This document shows positions 55,466 through 63,753 of a stretch of DNA of 64,000 nucleotides, in pieces. Source of the stretch: an uncultured Bradyrhizobium sp. (GTDB lineage Bacteria > Pseudomonadota > Alphaproteobacteria > Rhizobiales > Xanthobacteraceae); assembly GCF_964252615.1 (NCBI RefSeq), contig NZ_CAXUNQ010000018.1, positions 15,528 through 79,527 of the forward strand, given 5' to 3'. The position numbers were made by a program, and so were the translations under genes. The first letter of the stretch is position 1; each line of letters begins with the position of its first letter. Under the pieces are notes generated by a model. That model saw only the letters and a program-made list of their open reading frames with translations, made no database searches and was not told the origin of the DNA.

Positions 55466-56782
55466 CTAGAAAAACCTCAGTTCTTGCGCGCGCCCGCCGC
55501 CGACCGCGACCGCGTATTCGATCGCCAGAAACAATCCGCCGGCGACGAAGATTTTTCGGTCCGATGATTGGGCCAGCGCCGTGCTGACCTGCACCGCATC
55601 CTCGATCGTCGCCGCGATGCGAATCGTCGCGCTCGGATTCGCCCTCCGCGCCGCGGCAGCGATTGTCTCCGCGCCCGCGCCTTTGTGATATGCGCGGGTG
55701 CAGACGATGGTGTCGAACGCCGGCGCCAGCAGCGCTGCGATCTCGCCGGCCTTCTTGTCGTGCGAGGCGCCGGCGACCAGGATCCACCGCTCGGCGCCAT
55801 GGATCGCCTTCAGACTCGCAAGCGATTGGCGGATGCCATCGGGCGTATGGCCGACGTCGATGAGGGTGAGCGGCTCTTGCCGGATGATTTCGAGCCGGCC
55901 CGGCCAGCGCGTGCCGGCGAGGCCCGATCTTGCGGCGGCCTCCAGCGCCGCGGCATCTGCTCCCGGTTGCGTCCGTTCCCGCCAAAGCAAAAACAGCGCA
56001 ATCGCGATGGCGGCATTATTGAATTGAAAGCGGCCTGCCAGCCCGATGCCGAGCGAGCGGAAATCATGCGCGCCGAACCGGAAATCGAACCGCTGTTCGG
56101 CTGCCGACATGATTTCATTGCGGATTCCGATTCGGTCACGGACGAACAGGTTCGTTACATCGCGGTTGCGATTATATTCGGCCAGGTGCGGCGCCAGGCC
56201 ACGGCAGTTCTCGCCGTAGACGATGGTGCCGCCTGCCGCGCAGGCGTCGCTCTTGTCGGCGCAGATCAATTCCAGCGAATTGCCGAGCAGTTCGGTGTGC
56301 TCGAGATCAACCGATGTCACGCCGGTGTGGCGCGCGCCGGCCAGCCGCACCGGATCGTAACGGCCCCCGATGCCGGCTTCGAACACCGCGAAATCGCAAT
56401 CGGTTTCCTGGAAATACAGGCACGCCAGCGCGAACAGGGCTTCAAACGCGCCGAATTGCTGGCCGTGTCGCCGCGATATTGCGGCGATTGCGGTTCCGAT
56501 CCGCGCTGCCAGTCGCGCCAGTGCGCCGTCGCCGATCGGGATGCCGTCGACCTGAAACCGCTCGTTGAAGCGAAGCAGATGCGGCGAGGTGAACAGTCCC
56601 GTCCGCAGTCCAAAGGCGCGGCCGATGCCGGCACAGAACGCCGCCGTGCTGCCCTTGCCGTTCGACCCGGTGACGACGACCGAGATGCGCTGCAGCCTTG
56701 CGCGGTCGATCGCCAGCGCCTGGAGCAGGTCCGCCAGCCGCGCCAGGCAGACGCCGTCGCCGTATTTCGGCAGGTCGAACAC
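55466..56782 (-). CDS. FolC-type Mur-ligase family protein (folylpolyglutamate synthase/dihydrofolate synthase paralogue), function unknown
   Basis: Motifs parallel FolC throughout: VVVTGSNGKGST (P-loop), TSPHLLRFNERFQVDG, FEAGIGGRYDPV, VTSVDLEHTELLG, RWPGRLEII, LIDVGHTPDG and VAGASHDKK. The candidate GTG start at 56782 overlaps the TAG of the upstream gene by 1 nt. The longer ORF to 57067 is rejected. Confidence 0.8.
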   Translation of the reverse strand: MFDLPKYGDGVCLARLADLLQALAIDRARLQRISVVVTGSNGKGSTAAFCAGIGRAFGLRTGLFTSPHLLRFNERFQVDGIPIGDGALARLAARIGTAIAAISRRHGQQFGAFEALFALACLYFQETDCDFAVFEAGIGGRYDPVRLAGARHTGVTSVDLEHTELLGNSLELICADKSDACAAGGTIVYGENCRGLAPHLAEYNRNRDVTNLFVRDRIGIRNEIMSAAEQRFDFRFGAHDFRSLGIGLAGRFQFNNAAIAIALFLLWRERTQPGADAAALEAAARSGLAGTRWPGRLEIIRQEPLTLIDVGHTPDGIRQSLASLKAIHGAERWILVAGASHDKKAGEIAALLAPAFDTIVCTRAYHKGAGAETIAAAARRANPSATIRIAATIEDAVQVSTALAQSSDRKIFVAGGLFLAIEYAVAVGGGRAQELRFF

Positions 56783-57783
56783 TACAGAAGTCCCATCGCG
56801 GAAAAGGTGTGGCGCCAGATTTTCAGGATCAGGTCGCCCCGCCCGCAGTCCTCCAGCAGCCGGATCGACGGGTTGGAGTTGACTTCGATGACCCGTACCG
56901 GCTCCGGATCGCCTTCGATACCGGCGAACAGATCCACTGCGGCGACGCGCAGGCCCAGGGCGCCAGCTGCGCGTTTTGCCTGCGCGACCACGGCGCTTTC
57001 GGTGCGCGGCGATTCGAGAACCATGGTGCCGCCGGCGCTCCGGTTCATGCGTCCGGGAATTTCCCATTGCTCTCCGTCGGCCAATACGCGGTCGAACTCG
57101 GCGGCATCTGCCGGAGGCGCCGCCGCCGAAAGTCCGAGCGATTGCAGCTCAGAATTGTGTTTGGAGAGCAGTTCGCGGACTGTGCTGGCGCCGTTGCCGG
57201 CAAGCGCGGGCGGCGATTTCCGCACGGCATAGACGGCCTCGCCGTCGAGCAGAAAAATCCGGGTTTCAGTTCCCGAAACGACCGGTTGGATCAGAACCGA
57301 ATCGTAATATCGGGAGACGTCATCGAGATATTCGAGAAAACGCGCCTCGCCGTGAACGGCCCGCGCGAAATCGCCGCGCGATCCCGTCAGCGGCTTGGCA
57401 AAGGCCGAACCGCCCAATTCCCTGAAATAGTCCGACGCATTGCCCCGCTCATGACCGGGCGGACGATGCGCGCGATGCCGGTCATGCAGGAAGAAGTACC
57501 GGCCTCCGAGCGTCGGGACGCCGGCGCGTCCGAGAATGGCGTTGGTGAAGTATTTGTCGGTAGCCAGCGATGCCGCGGTCGCGTTGTTTTGCGGATACCA
57601 CGCACATCGTCCAGCCCCGAACGGGACCCGCTTGCCGCGTGAAACGATATTGAAGACAAGTCCGGTTCCGCCGTCGATGTCCTGAAAGGACAGTCCGAAT
57701 TCGGCGCAGGCATATTCGGCATAGATCGACTGGTCCGGGTAACAGGCCGGCTTTCCGGAACGAACATCCTGCAAGCATGGCAT
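56782..57783 (-). CDS. ATP-grasp ligase (RimK/GshB/cyanophycin-synthetase G-domain type), function unknown
   Basis: The last 333 codons of ORF 56782..58779, starting at ATG 57783. ..ASLATDKYFTNAILGRAGVP.., FAKPLTGSRG, RIFLLDGEAVYAVRKSPPALAGNGASTVRELL, GRMNRSAGGTMV and VIEVNSNPSI align by eye with CphA G-domain and RimK-type motifs. Confidence 0.75.
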   Translation of the reverse strand: MPCLQDVRSGKPACYPDQSIYAEYACAEFGLSFQDIDGGTGLVFNIVSRGKRVPFGAGRCAWYPQNNATAASLATDKYFTNAILGRAGVPTLGGRYFFLHDRHRAHRPPGHERGNASDYFRELGGSAFAKPLTGSRGDFARAVHGEARFLEYLDDVSRYYDSVLIQPVVSGTETRIFLLDGEAVYAVRKSPPALAGNGASTVRELLSKHNSELQSLGLSAAAPPADAAEFDRVLADGEQWEIPGRMNRSAGGTMVLESPRTESAVVAQAKRAAGALGLRVAAVDLFAGIEGDPEPVRVIEVNSNPSIRLLEDCGRGDLILKIWRHTFSAMGLL

Positions 57784-58050
57784 GGCGCACCCGGCCTTGA
57801 CGTTTGGATTCGAAAATCGATCCTTTCGAAACCGCAACCGGCATCGTAGCCGATGCCTGCCGGCCGATCCAGATTGCAAGCGGCTCGCATCGCTGATCCC
57901 GTCCGTGCAAACGTTTGACAAAGGCGCTGGACCTGACGCTGCGATTATTTTCATGTTAGCGTCCGGCCGGTTGCGAATCGGGATCGGCGGGTCCTGTTGG
58001 CCGCATCCCCGCCCGACCTGTCTTCGTCTGCTGCGCACCGGATTGGCTCG

Positions 58051-58683
58051 ATGCAATTTCAGAGAGCTCATGTCAGCATCGTCAGGTCGATCCGGCATGT
58101 CAGCCTGGTGCGGGACTGGCATCGCGCGCGTGGGACACGCCAACTGCCCGAGTTCACAAAGTTTGTTCCCAATGAGCGGGCCGGCGATGCCGCCGATCTG
58201 TCGATCAGCGATGTGGTGCGCGAGGATGGCAAGCTGTTTTATATCTGTCGGCAGGCCGGCAACCGCGTCGAGCAGATGTACGATGCGAGGATGCCGTCGC
58301 GGCATTTGAGCGATTGTCTCGATCCGGGCATGGCGGCGGCTGCAAAGCCGATCTGGGATGCCTGCGTCCTCAACCAGTTGCCGGTCTATGCGATCATTCC
58401 GCTGTCCGATCGGGACGGATGCCCGGTGACCGTCGAGCAGCTTTTTCTGCCCTACGCCGGTCACGGCAGCGCCGCCGAGGTGATGGTGGCGGCACTTTAC
58501 GCCTGCAGCACCGAAGGCCGGTTTGCCCATCACGGGCTGCTCCGCAGGCTTGCCAAGGTGCCGTTGCACTGGGCCGTCATCATCGATCCGGCAATCGCAG
58601 CCGCGCCGCGGCCGGCCCGTGACCCGGTCACGGAAATCGATGACGTCCTGCTCAACGACGGGGTTTCGTCCACGGCGCGGTAA
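58051..58683 (+). CDS. PAS_5 (DUF1457)-like PAS-fold protein
   Basis: Starts at ATG 58051. ..LVRDWHRARGTRQLPEFTKFVP..LFYICRQAGNRVEQMYDARM..PVTVEQLFLPY fits the small alphaproteobacterial PAS_5 family pattern. The call is from memory. Confidence 0.55.
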   Translation: MQFQRAHVSIVRSIRHVSLVRDWHRARGTRQLPEFTKFVPNERAGDAADLSISDVVREDGKLFYICRQAGNRVEQMYDARMPSRHLSDCLDPGMAAAAKPIWDACVLNQLPVYAIIPLSDRDGCPVTVEQLFLPYAGHGSAAEVMVAALYACSTEGRFAHHGLLRRLAKVPLHWAVIIDPAIAAAPRPARDPVTEIDDVLLNDGVSSTAR

Positions 58684-58836
58684 GCTGCGCGTTCTCAGCC
58701 CTGACCGACGGCGCAATGAACGTCCCGCGGTGCGCCGCCGGCTGCGGCGCCCGCTGCATTGCGATATGGCGCGTAACAATCATCATCGTTTTGGCGTAGG
58801 GTTGGAACCGATAGTGTAAACTGCGGCCAGAACGAA

Positions 58837-60495
58837 ATGCTGGCAACCGGACGGCCGGGGGATTCCATGGAAACGCTGATGACTCCTTTTTCGCCGCGTT
58901 TCATCGTGCTGACGATCTGTTGCGTCGTGACGGTGCTGCTGACCGGAATAGCGGTCGTGGACCACAAGGTGATCAACCTCGTCGTCATCCCGATCCTCAT
59001 TTTCGGCAGTCTGTCGGCGCTCGGTTTCCGCGATCTGCTGCAGCAAAATCACGCGGTGCTGCGAAACTATCCGATCTCGGCGCATATCCGCTTTCTGCTC
59101 GAAGAGATCCGGCCCGAGATGCGGCAGTATTTCTTCGAAAGCGAGAAGGACGGCATGCCGTTCAGCCGCGACACCCGCGCGGTGGTCTATCAGCGCGCCA
59201 AGATGGTGCTCGACAAACGGCCGTTCGGCACCCAGGAGAACATCTATGCCGAGGGTTACGAATGGATGCATCATTCGATGGCGCCGCGGCCGCATGCATC
59301 GGAAAAATTCCGCATCACCATCGGCGGGCCCGACTGCGCGAAACCCTATTCGGCGTCGGTGTTCAACATCTCGGCGATGAGCTTCGGGGCGCTCAGCCCG
59401 AATGCGGTGCGCGCCTTGAATGCGGGGGCCAAGAAGGGCGGTTTCGCTCACGATACCGGCGAAGGCGGCGTCAGCCCCTATCACCGCGAGAACGGCGGCG
59501 ACATCATCTGGGAGGTGGGCTCGGGCTATTTCGGCTGCCGCAACCGCGCCGACGGCACGTTCGATCCGCAGGAGTTCGCCCGCGTCGCATCCGACGACCA
59601 GATCAAGATGGTCGAACTCAAGGTCAGCCAGGGCGCCAAGCCCGGACATGGCGGCGTGCTGCCGGCGGCGAAAGTATCGGAAGAGATTTCAAGAATCCGC
59701 GGCGTCGGCATGGGCGAGGACTGCATCTCGCCGCCGTACCACAAGGCGTTCTCGACACCGCTGGAAATGATGGCCTTCATCGGCGAGATGCGGCGGCTGT
59801 CCGGCGGCAAGCCGGCCGGATTCAAGCTCTGCGTCGGGCACAAATGGGAATTCCTGGCGATCTGCAAGGCGATGATCGAGACCGGCATCTATCCCGATTT
59901 CATCGTGGTCGATGGCAATGAAGGCGGCACCGGCGCCGCCCCGCTGGAGTTCATGGACCATCTGGGCATGCCGATGCGGGAGGGCGTCAATTTCGTCCAT
60001 AACGCGCTGGTGGGCATCAATGTCCGCGACCGCATCAAGATCGGCGCATCGGGCAAGGTCGCCACCGCCTTCGACATCGCGCGCGCGATGGCGCTCGGCG
60101 CGGACTGGTGCAACTCCGCGCGCGGCTTCATGTTCGCGCTGGGCTGCATCCAGTCGCTGAGCTGCCATACCGATCGCTGCCCGACCGGCGTGACCACGCA
60201 GGACCCCTCGCGCAACCGCGCGCTGGTGGTTCCGCACAAGGCCGAACGCGTCTACAATTATCATCATGCCACGCTGCACGCGCTCGCCGAACTGATCGCG
60301 GCCGCCGGCCTCGATCATCCGCAGGACATCCGGCCGATCCATTTCACCCAGCGCGTCTCGGGCACTGAGGTCATGTCATTCGCGCGGCTTTATCCGTCGC
60401 TGCGGCCGGGCGAACTGCTGGACGGCACGCAGGATGCCCGCTTCAAGGACGCCTGGGCGCTGGCGCAGGCGGCATCGTTTTCGCCGGCATCATAA
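58837..60495 (+). CDS. FMN-binding glutamate synthase family protein (GltB FMN-domain homologue) with N-terminal TM helices
   Basis: Motifs: ..ISAMSFGALS..KGGFAHDTGEGG..VELKVSQGAKPGHGGVLP..IVVDGNEGGTGAAP..ASGKV..ALGADWCNSARGFMFALGC... The start could be 58837, 58867 or 58879. Confidence 0.88.
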   Translation: MLATGRPGDSMETLMTPFSPRFIVLTICCVVTVLLTGIAVVDHKVINLVVIPILIFGSLSALGFRDLLQQNHAVLRNYPISAHIRFLLEEIRPEMRQYFFESEKDGMPFSRDTRAVVYQRAKMVLDKRPFGTQENIYAEGYEWMHHSMAPRPHASEKFRITIGGPDCAKPYSASVFNISAMSFGALSPNAVRALNAGAKKGGFAHDTGEGGVSPYHRENGGDIIWEVGSGYFGCRNRADGTFDPQEFARVASDDQIKMVELKVSQGAKPGHGGVLPAAKVSEEISRIRGVGMGEDCISPPYHKAFSTPLEMMAFIGEMRRLSGGKPAGFKLCVGHKWEFLAICKAMIETGIYPDFIVVDGNEGGTGAAPLEFMDHLGMPMREGVNFVHNALVGINVRDRIKIGASGKVATAFDIARAMALGADWCNSARGFMFALGCIQSLSCHTDRCPTGVTTQDPSRNRALVVPHKAERVYNYHHATLHALAELIAAAGLDHPQDIRPIHFTQRVSGTEVMSFARLYPSLRPGELLDGTQDARFKDAWALAQAASFSPAS

Positions 60496-60498
60496 CTC

Positions 60499-60538
60499 GT
60501 CATTCCGGGCTCGCGTCTTCGACGCGCCCGGGAATGAC
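60499..60538. terminator. REP-type hairpin between convergent genes (GTCATTCCGGGCTCGCG-TCTTCGA-CGCGCCCGGGAATGAC)
   Basis: A short family A arm pair that exactly fills the 47-nt gap between two stop codons. Probably a bidirectional terminator or mRNA stabiliser. Confidence 0.45.
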
Positions 60539-60542
60539 GACA

Positions 60543-62507
60543 TCAGAACTCCCCGTGCAACCTTCCCGAGAAAACCGACACCGGTCCGCGGTCCGCATTG
60601 TAGGCCGGGTTGGTGATGAGCTGGTAATCGGCGGTCAGCGTGATCTGCCTGTTGAGCGCATAGGCGTAATAGGTTTCAAAGACCCGTTCGCGCCGGTAAT
60701 TGAGCGCGCCGTCGCCGATCAGCACGCCGAGCCCGCCGGCGGCGATGAAGTCGCGATGATCTTTCGAGAGCGCGTTGACCGCGCCGCCGATCCCGATGAC
60801 ATCGTCGGGCCGCCCCCAGCGATTGCCCTTGATCGAGACGCCGGTGGAGAGACTGGCGTCGATATCGGTGAACGCCATGATCTCGGTCTTGCCGTCGTTC
60901 CAGCTCCAGCGGCCGAACAGCCCGATGTCGTCGGTCAGCGCCTGCTCGAGGTTGAGGACGTAGCCGTATTTGATGCGGCCCTCGCGGGTCTGCGCAATGT
61001 CCAGATTGAAGGCGGGGTTGTTCAGCGTCTCCCGGTAGCTCCCGGAATAGGCGCTGTTCAGCCATGCGATGGTGCGCAGCTTGCCGGGTTGCGAGAACAG
61101 CGAATAGCGCGTCTCGAGCTCCAGCACGTATTCGCCGCGCTGAAATACCCGCATGTCGAAATTGTTCGAATTCGACGTGCCTTCGATCAGGAAATAGCCG
61201 GCGCGCAACGCCCATTGCTTCTGATTGAGTTCGGCGGTCGCGCCATAGGTCAGGCCGACCTTGTCGGCGGAGTAGTCGAACGCCCCGGGCGCCCACAGCG
61301 ACCAGTTCATGAAGTCCCTGCGGGTGTCCTTGGCGTAGGCGTTGCCGTCGAAAATATCTACCACGGCGAACTTGCCGGCCTGTAGCGTCAGGCGCGAAAT
61401 GTCGACCTTGCCCGTCAACTGGCCCGGCGCGCTGGCGAGCTCTTCCTGTTCGCCGCCAAACCCGAAGGTCTGCCGCACAAACAGCCGCGACGTGTTGTAA
61501 TGCGGGTAGGGGAAGTTGGATTTCTGCGCTTCCCCGTTCGGAAAACCCGCCGCACCGACGGTATCGTTCAGTCCGAATCCCTGCAGCAGTTCGGGGTTGT
61601 AATAGAGTTCGCCGCCTTCCCACAGCCGCATATTCAGGAACAGGCTGTTGCTCCAGGTCGCCTTCGCCTGCGGCGCCGGGGTCAGGCTGTTGGCGCCGCT
61701 GTAGGGCGCGCGGAAGCCGGGATAGCCCTGCGGCAGATAGGTGGTCTGGCCGTGAATCTCCCAGCGTTCGGATTGCGGATCGACCAACGATGCCAGCGGT
61801 GGCGCATTGGGATCGCCCGGCCAGTCGATCTTGCGATTGAGGCCGACGCGAAGCATCTGAAAGTTCAGCGTGGATGCCGTGCTCGCGCCGGAGTCGAACC
61901 GGACGCCGCCGTTCTGGAACCGGCTATAGAGATATTCGAGCCGCAGGCTCCAATGCGGCGCGAACGCGTATTCCGCGCCGGCGCCGGCAGCCCAGCCGAG
62001 CCGCATATCCAGCTTCTTTTCATCATTGCCGTCAGCCGGGGTGTTGAGAAAGCGCTCGCCGGTAAACGCCAGGCCGCCCGTGGCATAGAACAGCCAGGCT
62101 CCGGCCGCATAGCCAAGCCGGCCACGCACGGTGCCGACGAAATCCATTTTTTCGGTGACCCAGGACCTGGCCGTCGCCAATGTCGAAATCACGGAATTGC
62201 CGTCGATGTAATTGGGAAACGAAACGTCGGCTTCGAATCCGATTACGATCCGGGACGGCATCTGTACATTGTAGCCGATCTGCAACCCGCCGATCGGGCC
62301 GCCGAAGAAACTGCCTGCGGCAGCGGCGGCCGGATCGGTCAGCGTGGCGTTCGAAAATCCGCGGCCGAATCCGGCATGAGCGCCAAGATACAGCCCGTTC
62401 CAGTCGGTGGCGGGCTCAAAACGCGGCGCCTTGAGCGGAATGTCGGCCGCGGCCGCGCCGTCCAGCGACAGCACGCCGAGCGCCAGCCCCGCGAGGACCC
62501 GCTTCAT
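60543..62507 (-). CDS. outer-membrane porin: N-terminal Omp25/31-like beta-barrel fused to OprB-family carbohydrate porin
   Basis: 654 aa with a signal peptide. The N-terminal about 210 aa (..WNGLYLGAHAGFG..GGLQIGYN..LGWAAGAGAEYAF..WSLRLEYLYSRF) looks like a small 8-10-strand OMP. The rest (..WEIHGQTTYLPQGYPGFRAPYSGANSL.. to a C-terminal F) is OprB-like. Confidence 0.8.
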   Translation of the reverse strand: MKRVLAGLALGVLSLDGAAAADIPLKAPRFEPATDWNGLYLGAHAGFGRGFSNATLTDPAAAAAGSFFGGPIGGLQIGYNVQMPSRIVIGFEADVSFPNYIDGNSVISTLATARSWVTEKMDFVGTVRGRLGYAAGAWLFYATGGLAFTGERFLNTPADGNDEKKLDMRLGWAAGAGAEYAFAPHWSLRLEYLYSRFQNGGVRFDSGASTASTLNFQMLRVGLNRKIDWPGDPNAPPLASLVDPQSERWEIHGQTTYLPQGYPGFRAPYSGANSLTPAPQAKATWSNSLFLNMRLWEGGELYYNPELLQGFGLNDTVGAAGFPNGEAQKSNFPYPHYNTSRLFVRQTFGFGGEQEELASAPGQLTGKVDISRLTLQAGKFAVVDIFDGNAYAKDTRRDFMNWSLWAPGAFDYSADKVGLTYGATAELNQKQWALRAGYFLIEGTSNSNNFDMRVFQRGEYVLELETRYSLFSQPGKLRTIAWLNSAYSGSYRETLNNPAFNLDIAQTREGRIKYGYVLNLEQALTDDIGLFGRWSWNDGKTEIMAFTDIDASLSTGVSIKGNRWGRPDDVIGIGGAVNALSKDHRDFIAAGGLGVLIGDGALNYRRERVFETYYAYALNRQITLTADYQLITNPAYNADRGPVSVFSGRLHGEF

Positions 62508-62672
62508 GGCCGTTCTTGCGATTCGCGGTCGCGTCCCATCCCGTAAGGCCCCCCGCCCCGATCCGCTGCGTCGGGCTGCATGAGCGCTGCGGTTACCGAA
62601 TTAACCCTTGGAAATCTCTGAAACAACCGATTCGGCGCGTGCGCTCGCACAACCGGACCGAAGGCGTCCCAT

Positions 62673-62708
62673 TTGCAACTATAATTGCAACTCATTCGCA
62701 ATTGCAAG
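62673..62708. promoter_or_regulatory. three TTGCAA hexamers in the A/T-rich porin upstream region (candidate promoter/operator)
   Basis: TTGCAACT at 62673 and 62685, and TTGCAAG at 62702. Confidence 0.25.
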
Positions 62709-62783
62709 AATGTTGTAAGAAGTGCGACAGCAGCGACATCGTTGCATGGCATCGGGCTGATGACCGGCGACGCGGCAATCTGT

Positions 62784-62844
62784 CCCTTCGAAACGACTCT
62801 TCCGAAGATGGATGGATACGCGGGTCAAGCCCGCATATGACGAG
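62784..62844. repeat. REP-like element, family B core with conserved left flank
   Basis: Near-identical to 10068-10126. Confidence 0.75.
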
Positions 62845-62863
62845 ATGCGGGGATCCAGTAGGG

Positions 62864-63679
62864 CTAACCGGGGCCTTTGCGGAGCCTCACCACGTCGAAC
62901 ATGTCGACGTCCGCAAGCAATTCGCAGAATGCCCGTGCGCCATGATCGATCAGACGCCGGCCTTTCTCGGCAGAGGCTTGCGTGGCGTCGCCGGCGGCGC
63001 CGCTGGGATGAAGATCCTGTGCCTGCCACGCAAACGGCGCGGGGCGATGCGTCGAGAGCCAGCGATATTGCTTTTCCATTGCGATACTCGACGGCACAAA
63101 ATTCGCGAGGGCTTCCTTGCGGACCTGATCCGGACAGCGCGCCAGCATGATCGAGGTTTCGACCGCGCCGCCGTGAATGCCGTGGCGCAACTCCTCCGCG
63201 GTAAACAATCCTTCCGGCACGCCGAAACGCGACCACGCCGTCGTCACCGCCAGAATGCCGAGCCGGGCGCGCAGATCCTGCGCAACGACGGTCATCGCCG
63301 CGCTGTTGCCGCCATGGCTGGTGACCATAACAAGCTTCCTGATGCCCGCGCGCGCGGCGGTCTCGCCGATCGCCGCCCATTCCTTCAGCGCGCCATCCGC
63401 GGAGCGCGTCAGCGTGCCGGGATAGTCGGTGTGTTCGGTCGAAATGCCGATCTCCTCCACCGGCAGAAACGTCGCGGGAATGTGGTCCGGCAACAGTTCG
63501 CGCACCCGTCCCAGATAGGCCTCCGCGATCAGGACATCGGTGCGCAGCGGCAGATGCGGGCCGTGCTGTTCGGTCGCCGCCAGCGGCAACACCGCGATCC
63601 ATCGCGCCGCTTCATCGCCGGCGATGTCGGGCCAGTGGATCGCGGTCCAGTCGCGGGGAGGGGTCATCAAGCGCGGCAT
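62864..63679 (-). CDS. creatininase-family amidohydrolase
   Basis: Motifs: ..IAVLPLAATEQHGPHLPL.TD.. and ..LVMVTSHGGN... Start is ATG 63679 or 63667. Confidence 0.85.
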   Translation of the reverse strand: MPRLMTPPRDWTAIHWPDIAGDEAARWIAVLPLAATEQHGPHLPLRTDVLIAEAYLGRVRELLPDHIPATFLPVEEIGISTEHTDYPGTLTRSADGALKEWAAIGETAARAGIRKLVMVTSHGGNSAAMTVVAQDLRARLGILAVTTAWSRFGVPEGLFTAEELRHGIHGGAVETSIMLARCPDQVRKEALANFVPSSIAMEKQYRWLSTHRPAPFAWQAQDLHPSGAAGDATQASAEKGRRLIDHGARAFCELLADVDMFDVVRLRKGPG

Positions 63680-63753
63680 TTCTTTGCAACTGTTTGCAGG
63701 GTACAAGGCCCGCATCGCCCATCATGGGCCAGAACGATCGACGGAGTCCAATC

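Noticed and set aside
57783-57954. Alternative ATG 57954 (MKIIAASG...) as the start of the ATP-grasp gene.
   Set aside because: The 57 extra residues are Arg/Cys-rich, have atypical codons and correspond to nothing in the pre-ATP-grasp region of homologues.
57784-58050. Possible RiPP (graspetide/microviridin-type) precursor peptide upstream of the ATP-grasp gene.
   Set aside because: I found no short ORF with an SD sequence and a plausible Ser/Thr/Asp/Glu/Lys-rich core in any minus-strand frame. The ATP-grasp also looks RimK/CphA-like rather than MdnC-like. ORFs under 60 aa were checked only by eye.
57784-58779. The N-terminal 332 codons of the 665-aa ORF 56782..58779, which would make the ATP-grasp protein twice as long.
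   Set aside because: The upstream part is Arg-rich nonsense and overlaps the oppositely oriented PAS_5-like gene. ATP-grasp homology begins just after ATG 57783.
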